From assembly GCA_965116465.1 (NCBI GenBank), contig OZ220687.1:2822759-2886758 (forward strand): 64,000 bases of DNA, given 5' to 3'. The position numbers were made by a program, and so were the translations under genes. The notes beneath the pieces were generated by a model. That model made no database searches, was not told the origin of the DNA, and was given only the letters and a program-made list of their open reading frames with translations. Positions 1-9,035 of the stretch are shown piece by piece; within the stretch, counting starts at the first letter, position 1, and each line of letters begins with the position of its first letter. The stretch is from Acidimicrobiales bacterium. GTDB taxonomy: Bacteria > Actinomycetota > Acidimicrobiia > Acidimicrobiales > CATQHL01.

Positions 1-1
1 C

Positions 2-856
2 ACTGGACCGCAGACCGATCCCGAACAGGAACCCCTGTCGCAGATCATCGCCCGCATCAACGAGCGCTTCGGCACCGACTGGACCGACGAGGACCGCCTG
101 GTGTTCGAGGCCGCCGCCGGCGACCTCGTCGGCGACGCCGAGATCCAGAACCAGGCCCTCAACAACGACGAGGCCACCTTCCGAGACCACGTCTTCCCCG
201 ACCGCTACGAGAAGGCGCTCTTGTCACGCCGGGACCGCAACCTGCAACTCATCATCGACTACCTCGACAACCCCGAATTGCAGGCCCAGATCGTCGACGT
301 GTTCGCCGCTGCCGTGCAGCAGCGGGCGATCGTCGCCCGCCAGCGGACCTGCCCGATCGGCGACCTGCTGGGGCCCGACCGCGAGTCGCAGCACCTCGAG
401 TACAAGTCCACGCTGCGCTGGGACATCCACCGGCAGGCCAAGGGCGGTGCGCCCGAGGGCGCGGCCATCAAGACCATCGCCGGCTTCGCCAACTCCGAAT
501 ACGGCGGCACCCTCCTCATCGGTGTCGCCGACAACGGCACCGTTTGCGGCCTTGAGGACGACTACGTCACCTTCTCCAAGCGCGGCCAGCGAGGCGACCA
601 CGACCTGTGGGGCCAGCACCTTCAGAACCTCATCCGCAGCCGCCTCGGCGACTCCGCGCTCGCGCTCGTGAACTGGCAGTTCCACACCATCAACGGCGAC
701 CAACTGGCCCGAGTCAGCATCGACCCCGCCAACCACCCCGTTCACGAACGCAAGGGCGACCAGCAGATCTTCTGGCACCGAACCCCCACCTCCACCATCG
801 CCGTCACCGACCCTCAAGAACAAGACCGAATCATCGCCCGCCGCTGGCCAACGTGA
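2..856 (+). CDS. hsdR: Type I restriction enzyme R subunit (HsdR), C-terminal part, fused in frame to an AlbA_2/Schlafen-type domain; the 5' end lies outside the window
   Basis: The frame is open from the window edge (TGPQTDPEQEPLSQIIARINERFGTDWTDEDRLVFEAAAGDLVGDAEIQNQALNNDEATFRDHVFP...), which resembles the helical C-terminal tail of type I R subunits. The later part carries the AlbA_2 signature (ESQHLEYKSTLRWD ... IKTIAGFANSEYGGTLLIGVADNGTVCGLEDD). Stop TGA at 854-856. Confidence 0.7.
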   Translation, partial: TGPQTDPEQEPLSQIIARINERFGTDWTDEDRLVFEAAAGDLVGDAEIQNQALNNDEATFRDHVFPDRYEKALLSRRDRNLQLIIDYLDNPELQAQIVDVFAAAVQQRAIVARQRTCPIGDLLGPDRESQHLEYKSTLRWDIHRQAKGGAPEGAAIKTIAGFANSEYGGTLLIGVADNGTVCGLEDDYVTFSKRGQRGDHDLWGQHLQNLIRSRLGDSALALVNWQFHTINGDQLARVSIDPANHPVHERKGDQQIFWHRTPTSTIAVTDPQEQDRIIARRWPT

Positions 857-1186
857 TCCAGGACGCAATAGCTGCGCGGGATTCTCGAGGGCCGACGGGT
901 GAAGGTCTCGGAACTGCTCACGGTCAATTCACCCTGGGAGATGGATCACGATTCGATGATGTCCACTCGCCTGGCGAGATCAAAGCCTGCCGGGACAGCA
1001 GCAACATGGGCACTGCCCCAAGACTGATGTAGGAATCGTCGAAGGCTTGATGTGCGATTCGTCGGTCCGTTCATGCGCGAATCGTCGGCGTGATCTCCGG
1101 CCGGCGATGTTGGCGTCCCGGACTTCGGGGTTGCCTGTCACACCGCCGTGGCAAGCTGCAGCACAGGATCTCAAGGGAGGCATCGC

Positions 1187-1567
1187 ATGGTTGCGAATAC
1201 TCAACAGACGCCGGGTCGCCGTGACGCGGAGCATCGAGCGTTGGAGCGCTGCTACGCCTGCGGCAGAGAGTTGAGCGACGAGGAGGCGTTGATCGTCGTT
1301 GACTACGACCCGGTCGACTTCCTGGAAGGTCCCGGCGTGCTCAAGGGCTACGAGATCAGGTGCGAGGCCTGCCTCGCGTTGCTTCCTGAGTGCCCTGTGT
1401 GCGAAGGGCCGATGAACGAGTGTCCGAAGTGCGGGGCGCACTATTGCCGCAGACACGCGATGGCGTTCAGCGACAGCGCCGATGACCCGACCGTGCCTCC
1501 TGCGGTGTCACTGTGCGATTCCTGTTCAGCGATCCAGACCGAGATGAACGGCTTCGGCGATCGATGA
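1187..1567 (+). CDS. Small multi-CxxC zinc-ribbon protein, unknown function
   Basis: ATG at 1187 lies 6 nt after GGGAGG (1175-1180). The 126-aa product has five CxxC pairs (CYAC, CEAC, CPVC, CPKC, CDSC). It sits in a visibly less GC-rich stretch. The ORF-track start at 1148 is probably too early. Confidence 0.55.
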   Translation: MVANTQQTPGRRDAEHRALERCYACGRELSDEEALIVVDYDPVDFLEGPGVLKGYEIRCEACLALLPECPVCEGPMNECPKCGAHYCRRHAMAFSDSADDPTVPPAVSLCDSCSAIQTEMNGFGDR

Positions 1568-1601
1568 CTGACGCTCGTCTTCCCGGCAGAAAGGCAACCT
1601 G

Positions 1602-2609
1602 ATGACAGCTGACTCACTGGAGCAGTCTGATGAGGGCCTGGAATCTGTGCGTTTTCGTTGTGAGCAGTTCTACCGAGAGCCCTCGATCGGCGCCTATTTC
1701 AACACGCGTCTCGCGGTGCTCGCGGCTGTCAACGAGCACCGAGAACAATTCGTCGCCTGGGCCGACGAGGGTGTCCGCTTCCATGAGCTGCACATCAAGA
1801 TTCCCAACGTCGAATCTGACGACGACGCCTCGGAGCCGCCGTCGGCGAACTCCGATCCGCTGCAGTGGTACATCCAGACCGAGACGATCGCGCTGCAGCA
1901 TCACGCGCTCGAAACGCTGCTGCGGCTCTACACGGGCCTCCTCGAGGCATCGAACTGGCTGGATCCGCTCATTGCTCTAACGGACCGGGATCGCAACCTT
2001 CGCGCGCTCGTCGAGCAGCACGTCACAGGCAACTCCAAGTCGACGTATGAGATGAGATCCGATGTCAGTTACCTCCTGCTGGGACGATCCGAGGTGCCAG
2101 AAGACGACGCGGACCAGGTGGCGGCCATAGACAACCTGTCGGGAATCCTGCAGGTGCTCGCACGCAAGTGGGATGATGGCCGCCGCGCCTACAACGCCAT
2201 CAAGCACGGACTGCTCGTTTCACAGAGCAACGCCTCGCTTCGCGTCGGACTGACCGGAGAGAACATGGTCACCATCGCTGACGGCCCGAGCGTCGCGTAC
2301 TTGAACCACACCAAGTGGGAGCATCAGCCTCACTCCGAGGGCACCAATGGCGGCAGGACGCGTCACTGGACAGTCGAGACTCAGTGGATCAGATTCGAAC
2401 AAGCGAGCAAGGTCATTGCCGCGGCCTGCGTGCTGATCGACTCCATGTGGTCGCTGGCGGTCGCGCGGTGGTCCCAAGCAGGCAGCGACGGAGTCCGCGT
2501 AGCGGTCTGGGATCCCGACAAGGTCAATCCGAGCACTCTCACGAGTGACGGCGGATCGCCTGGACACAGTATGACGCAGAACCTGTTCACCGAGACCAAG
2601 CCAGCGTGA
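1602..2609 (+). CDS. Hypothetical protein with an HEPN-like Rx6H motif (RAYNAIKHG)
   Basis: 335-aa ORF starting 35 nt after the zinc-ribbon gene. The N-terminal two-thirds looks helical by composition, followed by R195-x6-H202 (DDGRRAYNAIKHGLL). I recognise no family. The antisense ORFs here look like shadows. Confidence 0.55.
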   Translation: MTADSLEQSDEGLESVRFRCEQFYREPSIGAYFNTRLAVLAAVNEHREQFVAWADEGVRFHELHIKIPNVESDDDASEPPSANSDPLQWYIQTETIALQHHALETLLRLYTGLLEASNWLDPLIALTDRDRNLRALVEQHVTGNSKSTYEMRSDVSYLLLGRSEVPEDDADQVAAIDNLSGILQVLARKWDDGRRAYNAIKHGLLVSQSNASLRVGLTGENMVTIADGPSVAYLNHTKWEHQPHSEGTNGGRTRHWTVETQWIRFEQASKVIAAACVLIDSMWSLAVARWSQAGSDGVRVAVWDPDKVNPSTLTSDGGSPGHSMTQNLFTETKPA

Positions 2610-2870
2610 GCGAACAAGAGCCACCGGATCTTCGAGCAGATCGAATCGCATAGGGCAAGGCCAGCGGTTCTAGCCCATCAACTCCCCGCACGAGCCCAGC
2701 GCCAGCCGCCCGCCCGGGCGTTCGCAACGCTGGCTGCATGTACTGCTGCCGAGCGTCCCAAGTGAACGTCGCCGACGAGATCCGTGGCGCCGTCCCGTGA
2801 TGGAGTGGATGTTCTCCCTCGTCAAGCCGGAGGTGTTCCGGGAGGCTGGCGTGGCCCGGAGCCGCGCCTG

Positions 2871-3839
2871 TCAGTCGGGCGCGATACTCCCCACGTCGCA
2901 GAAGGTGGCGGCCCAGTGGTCGGGGCCGACCTCGCGCAGCGGCGGGTTCTCGGTGGCGCAGCGAGGGTCGCCGCGGTAGTTGCAGCGGCTGTAGAAGAAG
3001 CAGCCCTCCGGTAGCTGGGTGGGGCTGGGGATGTCGCCGGTCAGCGCGATGTGCGGCGGCTGCTCCGTGGGGTCCGCCGGTAGTGCCGCCGACAGCAGGG
3101 CCTCGGTGTAGGGGTGGCGTGGGGTGTCGAGCACGGCGGCCTTGGGGCCGGTCTCCACCACCTGGCCGAGATACATGACGGCGACACGGTCCGAGAAGTA
3201 GTCGACGGTCCCGATGTCGTGGGAGATGAACAGGTAGGCGAGGCCCAGGTCCCGCTGCAGGTTCGCCAGCAACTCCAGGATTCCCGCCTGCACCGACAGG
3301 TCAAGTGACGACGTGGGTTCGTCCAGGACCACGAATTTGGGGCCCGTGACGATGGCGCGTGCCACGCCGACCCGCTGCTGCTGCCCCCCGCTGAGCTCGC
3401 GGGGCCGGCGTTCGTAGAGGCCCGGGTCCAGGATCACCCGTCGCATGGTGTCCTCGACCCGTTCCCGGCGTTCGGCCGGATCCAGCGACGGCTCGTGAAT
3501 CACCAGCGGCTCCTCGATGATCCGCCCGACGCTCATGAGCGGGTCGAGGGACTGGAAGGGTTCCTGGAAGACGATGGTCATGTTCTGCCGGGCGGCCTGC
3601 AGCGTCTTGCGGTCCAGCCCGTCCAGCTGCATCCCGTCCACGGTGACGTGACCCTCGTCGGGTTGGATGAGGCCCAATGCCAGGCGTCCCACCGTGGACT
3701 TGCCCGAGCCGCTCTCGCCGATCAGCGCCAGCGTCTCACCCGCCTCGATGTGCAGATCCACGCCGTTGACGGCGTGCACCTCGCTGCGGCCGCGCCGGAA
3801 CGTCTTGCGCACCTCGCTGAGCGTGACGAGTGCCATCAC
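2871..3839 (-). CDS. Oligopeptide/dipeptide ABC transporter ATP-binding protein (OppF/DppF type)
   Basis: Walker A GESGSGKST, signature LSGGQQQRV, Walker B FVVLDEPTS, and the Opp-type C-terminal Cys-rich tail CFFYSRCNYRGDPRC...FC. The start overlaps the stop of the upstream ATPase (GTGATG). Confidence 0.9.
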   Translation of the reverse strand: MMALVTLSEVRKTFRRGRSEVHAVNGVDLHIEAGETLALIGESGSGKSTVGRLALGLIQPDEGHVTVDGMQLDGLDRKTLQAARQNMTIVFQEPFQSLDPLMSVGRIIEEPLVIHEPSLDPAERRERVEDTMRRVILDPGLYERRPRELSGGQQQRVGVARAIVTGPKFVVLDEPTSSLDLSVQAGILELLANLQRDLGLAYLFISHDIGTVDYFSDRVAVMYLGQVVETGPKAAVLDTPRHPYTEALLSAALPADPTEQPPHIALTGDIPSPTQLPEGCFFYSRCNYRGDPRCATENPPLREVGPDHWAATFCDVGSIAPD

Positions 3840-4888
3840 GCGTTCCCGGGCGCGGGCCCCGCATCGGAGCCGGCGGCACTCGTGGCTGCCTCGGGCAGGC
3901 GAACCCCGACTCCCTTGTCATAGTGGACCGCGGCCCAGTGTCCGGGGCCGACCTCTCGCAGGCCGGGCGTCTCGGTGGCACAGCGCGGGTCGGAGCGGTA
4001 CTGGCAGCGGTCGTAGTAGAAGCATCCCGGTGGCAGTTCCAGCAGCGTCGGCACGGTGCCCTGGGCGCCCACCAGGCGTTCGCCGCGCCGGGGCACCGCG
4101 GCGAGCAGCGCCTCGGTGTACGGGTGGGCGGGCTCGGTCAGCACCCGTCGCACCGGACCGGCCTCGACCACCTGCCCGGCGTACATGACCAGAACCCGGC
4201 TGCAGTACTGCGCCACCACGCCGACGTCGTGGGTGACCAGCAGCATCGAGCGCCCCTCGGTCTCGGCCAGGTCGCGGATCAGGTCGAGGATCTGGCGCTG
4301 GATCGTCAAGTCGAGGCCGGTCGTCGGCTCGTCGGCCACGACCAGCCGGGGGTTCAGGACCATGGCGAGGGCGATCACGACCCGCTGCGCCATGCCGCCG
4401 CTCAACTCGTGGGCGTAGCCCCGCAGGACGCGTTCCGGATCGGCGATCCCGACCGCCTCCAGCATGTCCAGCGCCGTCGTGCGAATCTCGCCGCGCCGGC
4501 CGCGGCCGTGCGCCCGGATCACGTTGCGGAACTGGCGCTCGATCCGCAGCACGGGGTTGAGGGCGCCGAACGGGTTCTGCGGGACGAACCCGATGCTCGC
4601 CCCCCTGATCCGGCGGAGCTGCCGGGGTTGGAGTCCGACGAGGTCGGTCCCCTCGAGGCGCACCGACCCGGCGGTGACGCGCCCCGGCGACTTCAGCAGG
4701 CCGATGATCGCCCGCACGGTGGCGGACTTGCCGCAGCCCGTCTCGCCCACCAGGCCCACCGTCTCGCCCTCCCCGATGGAGAACGACACGCCGTTGACGG
4801 CGTGCACGGTCCGGCGGCGGCTGCGGAACTGGACACCGAGGTCGCTCACCTCCAACAGCGGGGCGGTCGGGGACGCGGCGGCGGTCAC
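3836..4888 (-). CDS. Oligopeptide/dipeptide ABC transporter ATP-binding protein (OppD/DppD type)
   Basis: Walker A GETGCGKS, signature LSGGMAQRV, Walker B LVVADEPTT, C-terminal CFYYDRCQYRSDPRC. I prefer the GTG at 4888 (VTAAASPTAPLLEVSDL), just after the permease stop at 4894. The ORF track extends to 4999. Confidence 0.88.
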   Translation of the reverse strand: MTAAASPTAPLLEVSDLGVQFRSRRRTVHAVNGVSFSIGEGETVGLVGETGCGKSATVRAIIGLLKSPGRVTAGSVRLEGTDLVGLQPRQLRRIRGASIGFVPQNPFGALNPVLRIERQFRNVIRAHGRGRRGEIRTTALDMLEAVGIADPERVLRGYAHELSGGMAQRVVIALAMVLNPRLVVADEPTTGLDLTIQRQILDLIRDLAETEGRSMLLVTHDVGVVAQYCSRVLVMYAGQVVEAGPVRRVLTEPAHPYTEALLAAVPRRGERLVGAQGTVPTLLELPPGCFYYDRCQYRSDPRCATETPGLREVGPGHWAAVHYDKGVGVRLPEAATSAAGSDAGPAPGNA

Positions 4889-4893
4889 GGCGC

Positions 4894-5808
4894 TCAGTCC
4901 TCGGCCCGCCCGATCAGGCGGGTCACGCCGTCGGCCACCATGTTGAAGGCGACGATCGTCACGAACACCATCGCGCCGGGGAAGAACGACACCCACCACT
5001 GGCCGGTGGCGATGTTCTGGGACCCGACTCTGATCATCACGCCCCAGGAGGCGTCGGGGGGCGTGATGCCGATGCCCAGGAAGCTCAACCCGGCGATCAC
5101 GATGATGGCGTGGGCGGCGGCCAGCGACGCTTGGGCCAGCACGATGCCCATCGTGTTGGGCATCACGTGGCGCAGCATCACGCGGGTGCGGCTGGCGCCG
5201 ATGGCGGTCGCCGCCTCGATGAAGCGGCTCTCCCGCAGCACCAGCGCCTCGCTGCGCACCAGGCGGATGAAGCGCGGCACGTTGACCAGGGCGATGGCGA
5301 AGATGATGTTGCGCAGGGTGTTGCCGGTGAGCGCCACGATGGCGAACGCCAGCACCAGCAGCGGGAACGACTGGAACATGTCCAGGCCGCGCATGATCCG
5401 CTCCGACCAGCGGGACTTGTTGCTGGCTACCAGACCCACCGGGATGCCGACGGCGATCGACAGCAGCGTGCCGGCGAGGGCGATCGGCAGGTCGAGGCGG
5501 GCCGAGGCGAACACGCGTGAGAACACGTCGAAGCCGAAGCGGTCGGTCCCGAACCAGAACTCCCCGTCGGGGGACTGCAGCGTGCTTTCGGGATTCGGCT
5601 GGATCGGATCGTGGGGGAGCGGCGCGAAGAACCCGGCGAGCAGGATCAGCAGGATCACCACGAACCCGATCGTGAGTCCCTTGTGGGCGAGAGCGCCCTT
5701 GCCGAGGGTCCGGAGGGCGCCCCGGGCGCGGCCCGCGCGTCCGCCCTCTGCCGGCGTCTCGGCTCGCTTCGGAAGGGCCCTGGCCAGGGCGAGGCGCGCC
5801 CTACTCAT
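4894..5808 (-). CDS. ABC transporter permease (OppC/DppC type)
   Basis: Multi-TM protein with the BPD-transporter EAA-like region (RFIEAATAIGASRTRVMLRHVMPN). Overlaps the upstream permease by 8 nt. Confidence 0.9.
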   Translation of the reverse strand: MSRARLALARALPKRAETPAEGGRAGRARGALRTLGKGALAHKGLTIGFVVILLILLAGFFAPLPHDPIQPNPESTLQSPDGEFWFGTDRFGFDVFSRVFASARLDLPIALAGTLLSIAVGIPVGLVASNKSRWSERIMRGLDMFQSFPLLVLAFAIVALTGNTLRNIIFAIALVNVPRFIRLVRSEALVLRESRFIEAATAIGASRTRVMLRHVMPNTMGIVLAQASLAAAHAIIVIAGLSFLGIGITPPDASWGVMIRVGSQNIATGQWWVSFFPGAMVFVTIVAFNMVADGVTRLIGRAED

Positions 5809-6835
5809 AGGACACCCGCGGATCTAGGGCCACGACAATGAGGTCCAGGAGCAGGTAGACGAGGAGGGTCAGCAGGCCCACCACCAGGATGAAGCCCTGG
5901 ATGGCGGGCACGTCCAGCTTGAGCATCGCGTCGATCGCCCACTGGCCGAGGCCGCCCCAGGCGAACACCGTCTCGACGATGGCCGCCCCGCCGAACAGTG
6001 CGGCGAAGAGGATGCCGATGTAGGTGACCACCGGCGTGCGGGCCTCGCGGAAGGCGTAGCCCACGACCCGCAGTTCCGACAATCCGCACGCCCGGGCGAA
6101 CTCCACCTGGTCGGAGTTCAGCGCCCGCGACAGCACCGCCCGCGAGGTCTTCGCGAAGTGTGACGAGTAGAACAGCGCCAGCGTCACCACCGGCAGCATG
6201 GCGTGGTGGAACGCCGTCCTCAGCAGCCCCCAGTCGCGGGCGATGAGCGTGTCGAGGATCACCGCGCCCGTGACCCGATCCGGCGGGCGGTCCAGCAATC
6301 CGATCCGCCCCACGGGCGCGGGCGCCCAGCCGATGATGTAGAAGATCACGTAGATCAGCAGCAGGCCCATGAAGAAGTCGGGGATCGACTGGGTGATCGT
6401 GACGCTGGTTCGCGAGAGGGTGTCGGGCCAGCGCCGGCGGAAGTAGGAGCTGAGCGTGCCCAGCAGGCTGCCGTAGAGCACGGCGCCGAGCAGCCCGAGG
6501 ACCACCAACTCCAGGGTGTCGGGGAAGCGCTGGGTGATCTCGTCCCAGATGGGGCGCTTGGTGAAGAACGAGGTGCCCAGGCTGCGCTCGGTGAACAACT
6601 CGCGGACGTAGGCGGCGTAGCGCTGGGGCAGCGGCTTGTCGGTGCCCAGCTCGGCGCGGATCTCCGCGACGTGCTCGTCGGAGGCGAGGTCGCCGGCGAT
6701 CACCAGCGCCGGATCGCCCGGTGTGAGGTTGACCAGCCCGAACGCCAGCGTGATGACGATGAACACCGCGACGGGGATGAAGAGCAGGCGCTTGGCTATC
6801 GCTCCCGTTCGGTATCTCACATCACTGTCCGTCAC
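5801..6835 (-). CDS. ABC transporter permease (OppB/DppB type)
   Basis: 344 aa. N-terminal AKRLLFIPVAVFIVITLAF and the central ARACGLSELRVVGYAFREA motif are typical of DppB/OppB. Confidence 0.9.
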   Translation of the reverse strand: MTDSDVRYRTGAIAKRLLFIPVAVFIVITLAFGLVNLTPGDPALVIAGDLASDEHVAEIRAELGTDKPLPQRYAAYVRELFTERSLGTSFFTKRPIWDEITQRFPDTLELVVLGLLGAVLYGSLLGTLSSYFRRRWPDTLSRTSVTITQSIPDFFMGLLLIYVIFYIIGWAPAPVGRIGLLDRPPDRVTGAVILDTLIARDWGLLRTAFHHAMLPVVTLALFYSSHFAKTSRAVLSRALNSDQVEFARACGLSELRVVGYAFREARTPVVTYIGILFAALFGGAAIVETVFAWGGLGQWAIDAMLKLDVPAIQGFILVVGLLTLLVYLLLDLIVVALDPRVSYE

Positions 6836-6927
6836 TCACCGGTCGACCGCCCGGATTGTCGCGCACCGGACACCGCGGGCGGCTCTCGCTGGGCCGCCCG
6901 CGGTCGTTCTGTCCGGCGACAGTCGGA

Positions 6928-9024
6928 TCAGTTCTTGGCGAGTTCCTCCGGGATGATCCGGCGGAAGATGTCCATGCGGAACGACTCGACGTCGGGTCCG
7001 AGCGAGATCGGGTTGACGAGCTCGATGAGCGGGACCCACGGAACCTCGGCGATGAGGATCTCGTGCGCCTCGAGCACCATGGCGTCGCGGTCGGGTCCGT
7101 ACTGGGTGAACGCCATCAGGTCGATGAGCTCGTCGATCCGGGGGTTGTTGTAGCCGTGGGCGTTCTCGAACGCCTTGGCCGAGTGGTGCACCAGCAGCCA
7201 GGCGAACTGCGGGTCGCTGATGCCCGGCGTCTGCGACGAGAGCCAGGCCTGCAGCGCACCCTCCTGCAGCTTCGTCTGGAAGTCGGCGGAGGACGCCATG
7301 ACCTCGATGCTCATGTCGATCCCCACCTCCGCCAGCTGCGCCTTCATGAGCACCGCGATGTCCTCGGAGAACGGGCCGGGACGGACCGGGTTGATCGTCA
7401 TCGTGAACGCCAGGCCGTCGCCGTAGCCGGCCTCGGCGAGCAGCGCACGGGCCCGGTCCGGGTCGTGGATCGCCGGATCACCCGGTGGCGGCGGCTGGGG
7501 CACCTCGCTCAGCACCTGGTAGAGCGCCGCCTTGGCCGAGCCCTGCATCGGACCCTGCACCAGGGCCTCCCGGTCGATCGCCGAGGAGATGGCCTGGCGG
7601 ACCCGCACGTCGGCGAACGGCTCGAAGCTGGAGTTCAGCACCAGCGGCACCGTGGTGTTGCCCTTGGCGGCGATGGCCTGCAGGTCGCCGCTGAGGCTGG
7701 CGAACTGCGCCAGCGTCAGCTTGTCGGCGAAGTCCACCTCGCCCGCCTGCAGGAGTTGCAGCCGGCCCGCGGCGTCGGGGATGGCCCGGACGACGATCAG
7801 GTCGATGTCGGGAGCGGGGCCCCACCAGTTGGGGTTGGGCACGAGGCGCAACTCCTCGCCGGGCGTGATCGACTCGAGCATGTACGAGCCGAAGCCGGCC
7901 GAGTTGGTGGACAGCCACCCGGCGCCCCACGGGTCGTCGTCGGTGGCGTGCGACTGCACCTCGACGCTGTCCAGCGGAGCCATGTGGTGGTAGGTGAGAA
8001 CGGCCAGGGAGTACGGGTTGTTGGTGTCGAGCACCACCAGGTCGAAGGTGCGGTCGTCGATGACCCTGATCGGCCCCTCGAGGTCGATACCGCCGCCCCA
8101 GCTCAGCAGGAATCGCCCGACGCCGTCGTTTTCGATGATGCGGTCGAAGCTCCAGCGCACGTCCTCGGAGGTGATGGTGTTGCCGTAGGGGCTGACGGCG
8201 TCGTCGCGCAGCACGAAGCGGTAGCCGTCCTCGATCGGGGTGACCGATTCGGCCACGTAGGGCTCCACGTCGGCGGGACTCGGCCAGGTGGTGGCACCCG
8301 GGTCCGGCTTCACGTACTGCAGGAGGGTGCCGGCGAACATCGGGTTGAGTTCGGTGCTGGGCTTGCCCTCCGTGACGGCCAAGTCGGCGTTGGACGGCAC
8401 GGCGGCGACCGCCATGACGAACACTTCGGGCTCGTGGACCGGTTCCGACGTCGGGGGCGGGGCAGCAGCGGCTTCGGCCTCCGCGGCCGCCTCCTCCGCC
8501 GCGGCCCGTGCCTGCTCGGCCTCGGCCTGGGCTGCGGCCGCTTCTGCCAGGGCCGCCTGTGCCTCCGCCTGGGCTGCCGCGGCCTCTTCCTGTGCGGCGG
8601 CGGCCTCGGCCTGGGCGGCCGCGGCCTCCGCCTGGGCCGCCGCGGCGGCCGCCTGGGCGTCGGCGAGTGCCGCCTCGGCGGCGGCGACGGCCTCCTGGTT
8701 CCCCTCGGCCGTGGCCTGAGCCAGATTCGCGGCGGCGATCGCCTCCTCCGCCAGCGCGGCCGCGGCGGCGGCCGCGGCATCGGCAGCCTCGGCGGCGGCA
8801 TTCGCCGCGCCCGCTTCGGCTGCCGCGGCCGAGGCCTCGGCTTTCGCCGCGCTCGCCTCGGCATTCGCCGAGGAGGCGTCGGCGGCGGCCGCCTCGGCCT
8901 GCGCCCGGGCGCCGGCCGCGCCGTCGGTGATCGCAGAGTCGTCGTCCTCGACGGCGCACGCCGAGGCGACGAGGACCAGCGCGCCGATCAGCAGCGACGC
9001 TCGCAGGAGTCGGGAACGGATCAT
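6928..9024 (-). CDS. Family-5 (peptide/nickel type) ABC substrate-binding lipoprotein with a long Ala/Gln/Glu-rich N-terminal stalk
   Basis: ATG at 9024 is preceded by AGGAGG (9032-9037). Signal peptide plus lipobox LVASAC. About 165 aa of Ala-rich heptads follow, then the family-5 core (NPNWWGPAPDIDLIVVRAIPDAAGRLQLLQAGEVDFA). Confidence 0.9.
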   Translation of the reverse strand: MIRSRLLRASLLIGALVLVASACAVEDDDSAITDGAAGARAQAEAAAADASSANAEASAAKAEASAAAAEAGAANAAAEAADAAAAAAAALAEEAIAAANLAQATAEGNQEAVAAAEAALADAQAAAAAAQAEAAAAQAEAAAAQEEAAAAQAEAQAALAEAAAAQAEAEQARAAAEEAAAEAEAAAAPPPTSEPVHEPEVFVMAVAAVPSNADLAVTEGKPSTELNPMFAGTLLQYVKPDPGATTWPSPADVEPYVAESVTPIEDGYRFVLRDDAVSPYGNTITSEDVRWSFDRIIENDGVGRFLLSWGGGIDLEGPIRVIDDRTFDLVVLDTNNPYSLAVLTYHHMAPLDSVEVQSHATDDDPWGAGWLSTNSAGFGSYMLESITPGEELRLVPNPNWWGPAPDIDLIVVRAIPDAAGRLQLLQAGEVDFADKLTLAQFASLSGDLQAIAAKGNTTVPLVLNSSFEPFADVRVRQAISSAIDREALVQGPMQGSAKAALYQVLSEVPQPPPPGDPAIHDPDRARALLAEAGYGDGLAFTMTINPVRPGPFSEDIAVLMKAQLAEVGIDMSIEVMASSADFQTKLQEGALQAWLSSQTPGISDPQFAWLLVHHSAKAFENAHGYNNPRIDELIDLMAFTQYGPDRDAMVLEAHEILIAEVPWVPLIELVNPISLGPDVESFRMDIFRRIIPEELAKN
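8460..8955 (-). repeat. Coding region for the Ala/Gln/Glu heptad stalk of binding protein 1 (21-nt periodicity)
   Basis: Translation AQAEAAAAQAEAAAAQEEAAAAQAEAQAALAEAAAAQAEAEQ. The DNA shows successive 21-nt units of the form GGCCTCNGCCTGNGCNGCNGC. Confidence 0.8.
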
Positions 9025-9035
9025 GGTTGAACCTC

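Noticed and set aside
980-1456. 158-aa minus-strand ORF that overlaps the zinc-ribbon gene
   Set aside because: It is antisense to an ORF with a good SD and a structured CxxC pattern. Its own translation is low-complexity and Arg-rich and ends in CPCCCCPGRL with no recognisable motif.
3830-5827. 665-aa plus-strand ORF, and similar long ORFs on the opposite strand of real genes: 6856-9030 (+), 9027-10430 (+), 12790-14793 (+), 14864-16348 (+), 16256-19261 (-), 24870-26255 (-), 35074-36867 (-), 36905-39082 (+), 40798-43341 (-), 44828-46249 (-), 55956-58247 (-), 61049-63073 (-)
   Set aside because: These are shadow ORFs, which are typical of high-GC DNA. Their translations are Arg/Gly/Pro/Ala-rich with no recognisable motifs, while the opposite strand encodes proteins with clear family signatures.
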